This document shows, piece by piece, positions 29,394-37,692 of a stretch of 64,000 nt of DNA. The notes below the pieces were generated by a model, which had not been told where the DNA came from, searched no databases, and worked only from the letters and a program-made list of their open reading frames with translations. The first letter of the stretch is position 1, and each line of letters begins with the position of its first letter. The stretch is from Minisyncoccia bacterium. GTDB taxonomy: Bacteria; Patescibacteriota; Minisyncoccia; UBA6257; 2-01-FULL-56-20. The position numbers and the translations under genes were made by a program. The DNA is taken from positions 391,050 through 455,049 of the forward strand of contig JBEKML010000001.1 in the NCBI GenBank assembly GCA_050008535.1, written 5' to 3'.

Positions 29394-29445
29394 TCCAGTG
29401 CTCTTACTCGGTGCTCCGGCGGCTGGACGATATGAGAACTTGTCT
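29394..29445 (+). repeat. att-like boundary with degenerate left arm
   Basis: TCCAGTGCTCTTACTCGGTGCTCCGGCGGCTGGACGATATGAGAACTTGTCT. Confidence 0.9.
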
Positions 29446-29578
29446 ACTCACCTAAAATCGTCAACGTTGCTGATGATCTTAGGTGGATGGGCAGAGGCAG
29501 CATGAGTGATGCTGCGTGCCCATTGATGGGCGTGTTTCGCGTTAGCGGCAATCCGCGGGTTGCGGCTAATGGGGCCGG

Positions 29579-30097
29579 TCATTCCGTGCCCTTGCCCAGA
29601 AGTTTTAAGGCGCGGGAGATCCTCCTCTCGGTCATCGCCTTGTCGTGGGTGTGCGCGAGGTATGCAGCCCGAAGCGGTTCGGTCCCGACGAGCCTAATGG
29701 CAAAAGCGTCAGCCATCTGATCCTCATATTCTCTCTCGCGTGCATTCGGGTTGGGATTGCGAGCATTTCTCGCAATATGCCCAAGTTCGTGGGCGAGGGC
29801 TCCAATGAGAGCGGCGTTTGAAAAGCGGGTGAAGGTGAAGCGTGAAGCGACGATGGTCGTTGTCTTCCGTCGACGTGATGCCGCCACAAAAGAACGTTCG
29901 TCTCCTTCCTGCACGCAAAGCTGGATCGGCATCGCCTGACTGCCGATTTTGAGCTGTAGTGCTTCGAGAAGCGCGTACGCGCGATGTCCGCTCTCCAGAA
30001 GAACACGTCCTGGAAATTCTTGGGTGCATTCGGCTGTACCGGCGTGGGCGGAGTTTGCGGAAAAAAGGAGAAACACCAGAGCGGCCAACTTTTTCAT
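29579..30097 (-). CDS. secreted M48-like Zn metallopeptidase
   Basis: Signal peptide, LAHELGH, E..AD, RI. Confidence 0.8.
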   Translation of the reverse strand: MKKLAALVFLLFSANSAHAGTAECTQEFPGRVLLESGHRAYALLEALQLKIGSQAMPIQLCVQEGDERSFVAASRRRKTTTIVASRFTFTRFSNAALIGALAHELGHIARNARNPNPNAREREYEDQMADAFAIRLVGTEPLRAAYLAHTHDKAMTERRISRALKLLGKGTE

Positions 30098-30136
30098 CTT
30101 AAGTCTCCTGCCCGAAGTTTAGCACAAGGCCTATGT

Positions 30137-30625
30137 CTAATCCATTATTTGCGCAAAAAGCACCACATAATTCTTGCCGTATGCTTTGGCGCACTTCGGA
30201 CAAGTGGTATAGGAAAAATATAATTTTTTTAATCCCTTGCCCTTGCTTTTTACATATTCTTTCATCTCCTGCGCCCACTTGCCGACATTTTGATAGGGGC
30301 CTTCAAATACTTTAGTAAGAAATGTTCCTGAAAGTGTTGCCATTTGCGCGCCCGGAACACCTCCGGAAGCATCAATGTAAATATCCGCACCCCAGAGAGA
30401 TTTCTCATCAGTTAACATTAATTGCTGTGGCGCTTTGGCGCTTGCTTTCTCGATCAGTTTCATATTCTTGACCACCTTTCTCCCCATGTTAATGGGAATG
30501 TGCAAAAAGCTGGTGACATGATCCTTCACAAAAATTTTATCTTTCCAGATGATCTTTTTGTCCCGCCACGGTTCAGGATTAAACGGCTCGCAGCAACCGG
30601 TTGATTTTATTGTTTGATTAGCCAT
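30137..30625 (-). CDS. conserved GyrI-like/'hydrolase'-annotated protein
   Basis: CCxxFxPxPW, FEGPY, YTTCPKCAKAYGKNYVV. Confidence 0.65.
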   Translation of the reverse strand: MANQTIKSTGCCEPFNPEPWRDKKIIWKDKIFVKDHVTSFLHIPINMGRKVVKNMKLIEKASAKAPQQLMLTDEKSLWGADIYIDASGGVPGAQMATLSGTFLTKVFEGPYQNVGKWAQEMKEYVKSKGKGLKKLYFSYTTCPKCAKAYGKNYVVLFAQIMD

Positions 30626-30668
30626 ACCCTTATTCTACCAAAAAACCGCCCGATTAACGATTTTTATT

Positions 30669-30700
30669 TGCTCCGGCGGGGCTGGAGGACGTTAGAACCT
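30669..30700 (+). repeat. att-like boundary (2-bp insertion)
   Basis: TGCTCCGGCGGGGCTGGAGGACGTTAGAACCT. Confidence 0.85.
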
Positions 30701-30726
30701 TTATTTGTTATAATCAAAAATATTGA

Positions 30727-31770
30727 ATGAATAGGATCTTCTTGGGTTTGTTGATTTTTGTGCCGCTTGCTATAGCAGCCCATTTTCTCGCCATCTCTCC
30801 GGTCGTTGTTTTCTTTTTGTGTGCTCTTGGCATCATTCCGCTTGCAAAATTCATTGGCGAAGCCACCGAAGAATTGTCCGTTCACGTGGGGTCGGCCCTT
30901 GGCGGATTGCTTAATGCGACTTTCGGTAACGCAACGGAGTTGATCATTGGGATATTCGCGATTAGAGCGGGGCTCATAGAAGTCGTAAGAGCGTCGCTAA
31001 CTGGTTCCGTTATCGGAAATCTGTTACTGGTGCTTGGCACCGCAATGTTTGCGGGAGGTCTCCGCCATAAAAAGCAGGAATTTAACAGGACTGCAGCGGT
31101 AGCGAGCGGGAGCTCTCTTTTTCTTGCGGTCATAGCGCTTGTTATTCCGACGATATTTCTACAGACTCTTTCGGCGGCGAACAGCGGCCTGATCAATGAA
31201 ATTAGTTGGATAATATCTCTTCTCATAATTGCCCTCTATGCTGCGGGATTATGGTTTTCGCTCTTTACGCACAAACACCTTTACACCGAAGAGGTTGGCA
31301 AGCTGGAAACGAAGTGGAGCACAAAAAAGAGCATCTCGATTCTGCTTGTCGCAACGCTTGCAGTCGCGTGGGTGAGCGAGATCCTGGTAGGCTCCATCGA
31401 GCCGCTTATCGCGCGTTTTGGGTGGACAGAGCTCTTCTTGGGAGTGGTATTTATCGCTATCATAGGCAACGCTGCAGAGCACGTCTCCGCGATTTCGATG
31501 GCAGTCAAAAATCGGATGGATCTTGCCCTTCAGGTTTCCATCGGTTCCGCAACACAGATCATTATGTTCGTCACGCCGTTTCTCGTGATCATCAGTTTGT
31601 TTTTCCCAACGCCGATGCCTTTGATATTCAAAATGCTGGAGATGGCCTCGATCGTCCTGTCGGTGGTCCTGATCAATCTCATAATAGCTGACGGGGAGAG
31701 CAATTGGCTCGAGGGATTGCAGCTTCTTGTGGCGTACGCCATCATGGCCGTCGCCTTTTTCTTTTCTTGA
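30727..31770 (+). CDS. cax: Ca2+/H+ antiporter (CaCA family)
   Basis: NATFGNATE and GNAAEH repeats, SNWLEG. Confidence 0.93.
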   Translation: MNRIFLGLLIFVPLAIAAHFLAISPVVVFFLCALGIIPLAKFIGEATEELSVHVGSALGGLLNATFGNATELIIGIFAIRAGLIEVVRASLTGSVIGNLLLVLGTAMFAGGLRHKKQEFNRTAAVASGSSLFLAVIALVIPTIFLQTLSAANSGLINEISWIISLLIIALYAAGLWFSLFTHKHLYTEEVGKLETKWSTKKSISILLVATLAVAWVSEILVGSIEPLIARFGWTELFLGVVFIAIIGNAAEHVSAISMAVKNRMDLALQVSIGSATQIIMFVTPFLVIISLFFPTPMPLIFKMLEMASIVLSVVLINLIIADGESNWLEGLQLLVAYAIMAVAFFFS

Positions 31771-31781
31771 GGAAGCAAAAA

Positions 31782-31803
31782 AACATCAGCTTTCGCTGAT
31801 GTT
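31782..31803. terminator. hairpin terminator
   Basis: AACATCAGC-TTTC-GCTGATGTT. Confidence 0.6.
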
Positions 31804-31813
31804 CGTCCTTTTC

Positions 31814-31845
31814 TGCTCCGGCAGCTGGACGACGTTAGAACCTGT
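31814..31845 (+). repeat. att-like boundary
   Basis: TGCTCCGGCAGCTGGACGACGTTAGAACCTGT. Confidence 0.9.
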
Positions 31846-31855
31846 CCGAGTTAGC

Positions 31856-32152
31856 TTACTTGTTCCCAGCCAGTAAAAGTTCTCTCACTTTTTTCCTGAG
31901 GCCGCCGGTCCTCGTAATACTATTTATATATATGGGTATAGGTGCCTTACGGGCATTTTCAATGCGCGTTTTAAGTTCGTTCGCAGAATAGGTTTTGTGA
32001 CCCCCCCGCAATTCTCCGATTTGATCGAGCGCGGTATATAGTTCATGGAAGTCCCGCGCCTCAGTAATAGATGGAAATTCATTTTCTTCTTGCGGGATGC
32101 GAGATGGCGTTTCTTCGGGGTCTTCCATCGCCGGTATTTGCTCGTGGTCCAT
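31856..32152 (-). CDS. hypothetical protein
   Basis: 98 aa with ITRTGGLRKKV. Confidence 0.65.
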   Translation of the reverse strand: MDHEQIPAMEDPEETPSRIPQEENEFPSITEARDFHELYTALDQIGELRGGHKTYSANELKTRIENARKAPIPIYINSITRTGGLRKKVRELLLAGNK

Positions 32153-32170
32153 ATTCTTATTATACCTATT

Positions 32171-32752
32171 TTACCCTAGAATTAGTTTCGTAACCTCGGC
32201 CATTTTACGCGGATTCGCTTTCGCTTCGAGAATCCTGATCTTTAATTCTTGGTCGCCGAATTCGTCGCGCACAACCATGTTTACGAATTCCTCGAAATCC
32301 ACCAGCTTAAGTTCTATTTTTTCGGCCCCATCCAGACTTTGCTCTCCTACCTTCTTGCAACCCTTTGCAATAAAAGTATATACGGCCCAATCTATCTTGC
32401 TGACGGGCTGAACGGCGTCAAAGAGCAGCCACTCTTTGGCTTGGTATCCTGTCTCCTCAAGAAGCTCCCGTTGCGCGGTTTCTAACGCATCCTCTCCCTC
32501 ATCGATACGTCCTCCAATCAGTCCGATGAAAGGCTTTTTGCCCGGCTGCTCCTGGAGGCCCGCGATAATCTTCCCGTCTTCGGTAACGGGGACGATCATT
32601 GCCGTATCGGGCCTTTTGATCTTCTCGAACGTTCTCGTTGAACCGTCGTAACCCTTGACATCCCACTGGTAAACATCAAACAGAATGCCCCTGAACACCC
32701 TTTTGGCATCTTCCGGCATGGGCTGTTTTGAGGACGGTCTTACTATGTTCAC
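32171..32752 (-). CDS. NUDIX hydrolase (ADP-ribose pyrophosphatase-like)
   Basis: GRIDEGEDALETAQRELLEETGY Nudix box. Confidence 0.92.
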   Translation of the reverse strand: MNIVRPSSKQPMPEDAKRVFRGILFDVYQWDVKGYDGSTRTFEKIKRPDTAMIVPVTEDGKIIAGLQEQPGKKPFIGLIGGRIDEGEDALETAQRELLEETGYQAKEWLLFDAVQPVSKIDWAVYTFIAKGCKKVGEQSLDGAEKIELKLVDFEEFVNMVVRDEFGDQELKIRILEAKANPRKMAEVTKLILG

Positions 32753-32804
32753 AGGACAAGTATATCGCCTTTTGCTACGCGGTGCGATTTATAGCTTGGG
32801 ATAC

Positions 32805-33809
32805 TTAGTGCGATTTAAGCACCTCATCCAGCCAGGAGTTTTGATAAAAGTCTCGAACCTTATCCATCACTTTGCTAAAAGCCCGTTTTCTCCAAAGACC
32901 GTTTTGATAATCAACGATGGTTTCCAGCAGCGGGTCGAGGTAATAGAGTTTCACGCGTTCGACCAGCTTTTTGGTCTCAAAAAGTGCGGGGTAATATTTC
33001 TTGAGCCAGTCCAATTCTCTCGTCATTTGATAACCCTCATAGAGTGATTCAAGCCGCCCTTCCACGGTGTAGAGGGGGTCATGGAACGTATCCAAAATTT
33101 TCCAGAGTTCAAAGTCTTTGGGCGCCTGGGCCACCCAGTCCAGATCTATGATTCCCGTAAGCCGATCGCCCTCGTAAAAAATGTTTTCCAGATGGATGTC
33201 GGAATGCGTGAGTACTGCAGTACCAATCTCATCCAGGCTGGCGATATGGTCGTGATAATATTTTTCTAGAACCTCTACGTTTACCAAAAGCTCCTTTGGG
33301 AGCTTTTCCTTTTGAAGGAGCCTGACTTCTTTCACGATGGGTTTCTCAATAGCCGCTCGCAAGTTTTGATACCGTTTCTCCGCTACTATCGGGATACAGT
33401 AACTATCAAAGGAAATTGAATGCCAGATTTGCAATTGCTCGGCAAGCTGGGCAATGAGCTTTTCTTTTTTAGTGTCCCCAAATGACATCCAGTCATCAGC
33501 CAGGTTATTCCCCCTTACCTTTTCCATGAGGATGTAGGGTTTTCCATCCACGCTGTCAAAGTCCAAGATCTTGGGCACCTTAGCGCCCTTAGCCAATAAT
33601 TGCGCGGTCAGGTCGGGCACGGGTTTGAGAAGCTCGTGCTGCGGCCCAAACTCGCTGTCACCCTCAATCTTGAGTATGTACTCATTGCCCAAGCCATAAA
33701 CGCGATTGACAACCCCGCTTAAGAAACGCTTGGCTTCCGGCAATTCTTTCAGCCCGTTTTTCTTAGCAACAAATGCAATTATTTTTGAGTCAAGAGCCTC
33801 CGCTTCCAT
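32805..33809 (-). CDS. aminoglycoside phosphotransferase (APH) family protein
   Basis: HSDIHLENI, GIIDLD, ILKI. Confidence 0.85.
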   Translation of the reverse strand: MEAEALDSKIIAFVAKKNGLKELPEAKRFLSGVVNRVYGLGNEYILKIEGDSEFGPQHELLKPVPDLTAQLLAKGAKVPKILDFDSVDGKPYILMEKVRGNNLADDWMSFGDTKKEKLIAQLAEQLQIWHSISFDSYCIPIVAEKRYQNLRAAIEKPIVKEVRLLQKEKLPKELLVNVEVLEKYYHDHIASLDEIGTAVLTHSDIHLENIFYEGDRLTGIIDLDWVAQAPKDFELWKILDTFHDPLYTVEGRLESLYEGYQMTRELDWLKKYYPALFETKKLVERVKLYYLDPLLETIVDYQNGLWRKRAFSKVMDKVRDFYQNSWLDEVLKSH

Positions 33810-33831
33810 ACAAAGCTATTCTACCAGAATT

Positions 33832-33861
33832 TGCTCCGGCGGCTGGAGGATATGAGAACCT
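33832..33861 (+). repeat. att-like boundary
   Basis: TGCTCCGGCGGCTGGAGGATATGAGAACCT. Confidence 0.9.
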
Positions 33862-33886
33862 ATTCTGTCTGGGCCGCCGCTTTTTG

Positions 33887-34018
33887 TTAAAACAAAAGCC
33901 GATAGATGATCACAATAAGAGCAATCACAAGCAGTACATGAATCAATTTTCCCCCAATTTTGAAGCCGAATCCCAATAGCCAAAGAACGAATAAAACTAT
34001 AATGATTGTCCAAAGCAT
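33887..34018 (-). CDS. lmo0937-family small membrane protein (43 aa)
   Basis: MLWTIIIVLFVLWLLGFGFKIGGKLIHVLLVIALIVIIYRLLF; GGTG SD. Confidence 0.8.
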   Translation of the reverse strand: MLWTIIIVLFVLWLLGFGFKIGGKLIHVLLVIALIVIIYRLLF

Positions 34019-34069
34019 ATTTTTATTTCACCACCTTAAATGAAGCTACGGCGCCCGGGGGGATGTCGG

Positions 34070-34633
34070 CTATTTTGGTAGTGGTGAGTTAGGAAGAATA
34101 TTCGTCATATCGCTAAAAGTGATCCCTGCAGGAAGAGCGAATACGCTCGCGTTCGTGGTCCAATTACTACAGGAGTAATTAACTTTCTTATTCGGGTCGA
34201 ATCCCTGATTCGGGCCTGGGCCTTGCTGGTTCTCGGTCGTCGCGAGGGCCATTTTAACGCCCTCCTTTGTGGCGTCGGTCCACACGTAGCTCGTGTTGCC
34301 CAAGATGATCATGTGGCTCCCGATGGCCTTGCCCGAAACGACGGAAGTGAAATCACCCCGCAGTTGTCCCTGCGCCACATAGACGGTTCCCTCCGATGAG
34401 GCCGTGAGGCTCGTGGCATCGGTGAACGTGCATTTTTGGGAAGAGCCCAGGGCGAGCAATCCTTTAAGCGTCATGCCGCTTGCCGAGGATGGGGGAGGCG
34501 TGGTCCCGGGGGCTCCCGGGGTTCCTGCAGTTTGAGACGTTCCCGGCGTGGAAGATGGTTTGTAAAATATGAACATTGCGGCGGCGGCGACCACGACGAC
34601 GGCAATGAGCACGTATATTAGTTTTTTATTCAT
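34070..34633 (-). CDS. membrane-anchored hypothetical protein
   Basis: N-terminal TM; KCTF, YVW, YSCSNW. Confidence 0.75.
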   Translation of the reverse strand: MNKKLIYVLIAVVVVAAAAMFIFYKPSSTPGTSQTAGTPGAPGTTPPPSSASGMTLKGLLALGSSQKCTFTDATSLTASSEGTVYVAQGQLRGDFTSVVSGKAIGSHMIILGNTSYVWTDATKEGVKMALATTENQQGPGPNQGFDPNKKVNYSCSNWTTNASVFALPAGITFSDMTNILPNSPLPK

Positions 34634-34690
34634 AGATTTAAGTATAGCATGTTGGCTATTCGTTTCTTACCCACAGGTTTCATTATGGCC

Positions 34691-34750
34691 CTTGGTCTGT
34701 CCGATACTTTTACTCGGTGCTTCAGCGGCCGGACGATGTTAGAACCTGTT
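34691..34750 (+). repeat. full-length att-like boundary
   Basis: CTTGGTCTGTCCGATACTTTTACTCGGTGCTTCAGCGGCCGGACGATGTTAGAACCTGTT. Confidence 0.9.
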
Positions 34751-35257
34751 TCCTGCGAGTTTTTTAACTGCCTCGATAAATGATTTCTTTCCGGCGGTAT
34801 ATTGCTCTCTGTCGTTTGGGTATTGCTTGGCAAGCCGTTGTTTCAAGTGAGCATAGGCCTTGGTCTTAGAGGGATGCGTTCTTAGAAAGTCACGGAATAA
34901 GAGATCGCTTTTCCATTTCGAGCCGTTATATTTCATAACATGAAGATAATGTGTCCGTTTTTTATCCGGACCTTTGGCGAAGAGGACCTGCCTCCTGAAT
35001 TTTCGGTAGAAGTGGTAACCCATCTCATCCAATGGTTTCACTAGTTTTTTCACATCCTTCAGCCGTCGCAGCCCGGCCGACATATCGATAATAGGCTTGG
35101 CATGCAATCCAGGAATCGCCGTGCTGCCGACATGTTGGATATCAACGACCATATCTCCTACGTGCGCAAGGAGTTTTTTCTTTTCACGTTCGAACGCAAC
35201 CTTCCATTGTTTGTGATATAGGATCAACTTAACCGTTCCGCGTTTAAGGCCGATCAT
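34739..35257 (-). CDS. GrpB family nucleotidyltransferase-like protein
   Basis: QHVGSTAIPGLHAKPIID, FRDFLR, Y..LK, YTAGK. Confidence 0.92.
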   Translation of the reverse strand: MIGLKRGTVKLILYHKQWKVAFEREKKKLLAHVGDMVVDIQHVGSTAIPGLHAKPIIDMSAGLRRLKDVKKLVKPLDEMGYHFYRKFRRQVLFAKGPDKKRTHYLHVMKYNGSKWKSDLLFRDFLRTHPSKTKAYAHLKQRLAKQYPNDREQYTAGKKSFIEAVKKLAGNRF

Positions 35258-35283
35258 GTTTTTATATTATCACGAAAATTCTC

Positions 35284-35314
35284 CGCTCCGGCAGCTGGAC
35301 GATGTGAGAACCTG
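35284..35314 (+). repeat. att-like boundary
   Basis: CGCTCCGGCAGCTGGACGATGTGAGAACCTG. Confidence 0.9.
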
Positions 35315-35375
35315 GTTAGGGGTCAGCTAGGGGGGGCGTCGTAGACTATGTTCGAACGATTTTGGTTTACCAATC

Positions 35376-37634
35376 CTATCGAGGCAGTCCCTGAAGTTTT
35401 TGGAGCGTCAACATTAAAGATTGCAAAGATTCCAAGATGTTGGCGAGTTGTGCTGATCTTCCCAAAGATGACTGCATCTCAACTAGCGTAAACGTGCTCA
35501 CATGCCAATAGGCCGCATACTGGGAACCGAACGCGGCTTCGCAGGTTGCGAGCGTTTTCCCTATGCCGCAGACGCTGTCAAGATTCTCGTAATAGTTTGT
35601 TGTTTCATCAACAAAAACCGTATAGGTGCCACTGCTCAGTGAGCCTATGTTGGGCGAGGTAATGGTGTAGCTCGTAGTAGAATCCGGCACAACCATTGCT
35701 TGATTGTTCAAAGAAACACCTGACGGGTCGAAAACGTGGACGGACCAGTAGCCCGGTCCTTGCCAACCGCTCATGGAAGGAACGTTCACGAGCGTCGTGC
35801 TGGATGCCGAGATATACGAAGCGTCGAAAGGGGATCTAGCATTGACCGGGGAGGGGTATACACCCATACCTATTGCGGATGAAGTTGCCTGAAGATGGTA
35901 GTCAGTGGTTGAAACAAACCGGGGATCGGCATCAATATTATTCGATCCGCCAGACCATCCTCCAATGTCTGAATTGCTGATATTATAAGTGGGAGAAAGT
36001 ATAGTACTAACTCCTTCGTTGTTATAGTAGGTAATGTTTGAAATACTAAAATTGGGACTGCTGTTCCCCCAAAGAATTGAGTTGGACATCTGCAGGTTTC
36101 CCGATGTGTCCATTCCGCTATGGTTATTGCCGGCCACGGTAACATAGGTAAATAACGCGATCGACGAGGGATCACTCACTGGCACGCCATTTTTGAAAGA
36201 GGAACCGCTATCTATGGACACGCCGCCTCCAAAATTCGAAGCCTGGTTGTTATCAATGAGACAATGGTCAACGGTAACGTAGGTACTATCGTACAACAAA
36301 GCCATCCCGCCGCCACTGACGGCGCGATTACCGGTAAGACGGCATGACTCCAATGTTATATTGTTCGAGCCCAATATTAGGATTCCTCCTCCGATGTCGT
36401 TATTTGCACCACTGTTTTTTACGGTAAGATTCTCAATAATGGCGTATGAAACATTTTCCGCGCGAATCCCATTGGTGCCGCTTTTTGTAATGATTGTTTG
36501 ATCAATTCCAGCACCTTCAAGGCAGACGCCGCTTTTCATAATGAGGTTCTCGTTATAAGTTCCCGCAGCTACTCGAATAGTATCTCCCGTATTCGCAGCA
36601 TTAATTGCAGCCTGAATACTTGAATAGTCGCCGGGGACATTTTTGATCGTCTGATCGCAAACAGGGAATGCAGTTGCTGTAATTGGGCTTGCCTGCGTTG
36701 TGGCAGACGCTTGGTTCGACTGGCCCGAAACATTTCCTGCGGCGTCATAAGCAGCGACGGTGTAGGTGTAGGCGGTGGAAGCCTGAAGGCCGCTATCTGA
36801 ATAGGAAGATGTTGCAGATGCGGTTGACGCAGAGGTCGTTGCAATTTGCGCACCGCCCCGATAAATTCTGTATCCAACTACCCCAACGTTATCGGTGGAA
36901 TTCAACCAGGAAAGATTTATTTGGCTCGGTGAAGCGGCGGCAGCAGAAAGATTAGTGGGTACTGAGGGAGCCGTCGTGTCTGTGGAGGTAGCAGTCAATG
37001 GCGGTGGAGTCGATGGCGGAGGAGCTGTCCCACCACCTCCACCTCCACCACCACCTCCGCCACCGCCACCACCCGTTGAGGGTGTGGCTGGCGTGACAAG
37101 AATCGCAGGCGTCGCCGGCGTCGCAGGGGTCGCTGGCGTAGCAGGAACCAGCCCTGACGGCGTGGGGCTGCTGGCAGACGTAAGACCTGGCGGGATTACG
37201 CCCGATTGTCCAGCGCCAGTCGTTACCAACTCGTTAAGTTTCGCTTGGGTTTTTGGCCCTACGATACCAACAGACTCAATGCCATTCTGTCCCTGGAATT
37301 TTTTAACCGCTACCTCCGTAAGCGGACCGAAGTATCCAGTTACCAATCCTTCGGGATACACATCGGGGAAGGTTTTCAGAAACTCCTGCAGTTGTTTTAC
37401 GTCGTCGCCGGTAGTTCCCTGCGTTAAGACCCTGCTAAACTTGAGTTCTGTTTTCACGGATTGTACTTGATTCTGAAGATCCACTACTTGTGCCTGTAGT
37501 GATTGTACCTGCGCTTGGAGTTGTTTTATGGTGTCGAGCAGATCCTGATTCGTCGAGGTCCCATTTTGAGCAAAAGCAGCATTAAAGAACAAAAGGCCGA
37601 CAAGGATTCCCCCCGTCAAGACTTTATTGAACAT
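35376..37634 (-). CDS. surface protein: peptidoglycan-binding + FN3 + right-handed beta-helix domains
   Basis: Signal peptide, VTGYFGPLT, poly-Gly/PAT linker, FN3, VPGDYSSIQAAIN...GTY.E. Confidence 0.85.
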   Translation of the reverse strand: MFNKVLTGGILVGLLFFNAAFAQNGTSTNQDLLDTIKQLQAQVQSLQAQVVDLQNQVQSVKTELKFSRVLTQGTTGDDVKQLQEFLKTFPDVYPEGLVTGYFGPLTEVAVKKFQGQNGIESVGIVGPKTQAKLNELVTTGAGQSGVIPPGLTSASSPTPSGLVPATPATPATPATPAILVTPATPSTGGGGGGGGGGGGGGGTAPPPSTPPPLTATSTDTTAPSVPTNLSAAAASPSQINLSWLNSTDNVGVVGYRIYRGGAQIATTSASTASATSSYSDSGLQASTAYTYTVAAYDAAGNVSGQSNQASATTQASPITATAFPVCDQTIKNVPGDYSSIQAAINAANTGDTIRVAAGTYNENLIMKSGVCLEGAGIDQTIITKSGTNGIRAENVSYAIIENLTVKNSGANNDIGGGILILGSNNITLESCRLTGNRAVSGGGMALLYDSTYVTVDHCLIDNNQASNFGGGVSIDSGSSFKNGVPVSDPSSIALFTYVTVAGNNHSGMDTSGNLQMSNSILWGNSSPNFSISNITYYNNEGVSTILSPTYNISNSDIGGWSGGSNNIDADPRFVSTTDYHLQATSSAIGMGVYPSPVNARSPFDASYISASSTTLVNVPSMSGWQGPGYWSVHVFDPSGVSLNNQAMVVPDSTTSYTITSPNIGSLSSGTYTVFVDETTNYYENLDSVCGIGKTLATCEAAFGSQYAAYWHVSTFTLVEMQSSLGRSAQLANILESLQSLMLTLQKLQGLPR

Positions 37635-37649
37635 ATGTTTATTATAACA

Positions 37650-37682
37650 CGCTCCGGCGGCTGGACGATGTGAGAACCTGTT
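37650..37682 (+). repeat. att-like boundary (consensus copy)
   Basis: CGCTCCGGCGGCTGGACGATGTGAGAACCTGTT. Confidence 0.9.
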
Positions 37683-37692
37683 TAAGAAGGGA

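Noticed and set aside
26010-34750. Classical integron attC sites (GTTAGAA resembles GTTRRRY)
   Set aside because: No RYYYAAC partner or long imperfect palindrome, GTT is often GTG/ATG, cargo lies in both orientations, and no intI is present.
37030-37140. CCA/CCT microsatellite and 9-bp repeats
   Set aside because: They encode poly-Gly and PAT linkers with mixed codons; not a contingency locus.
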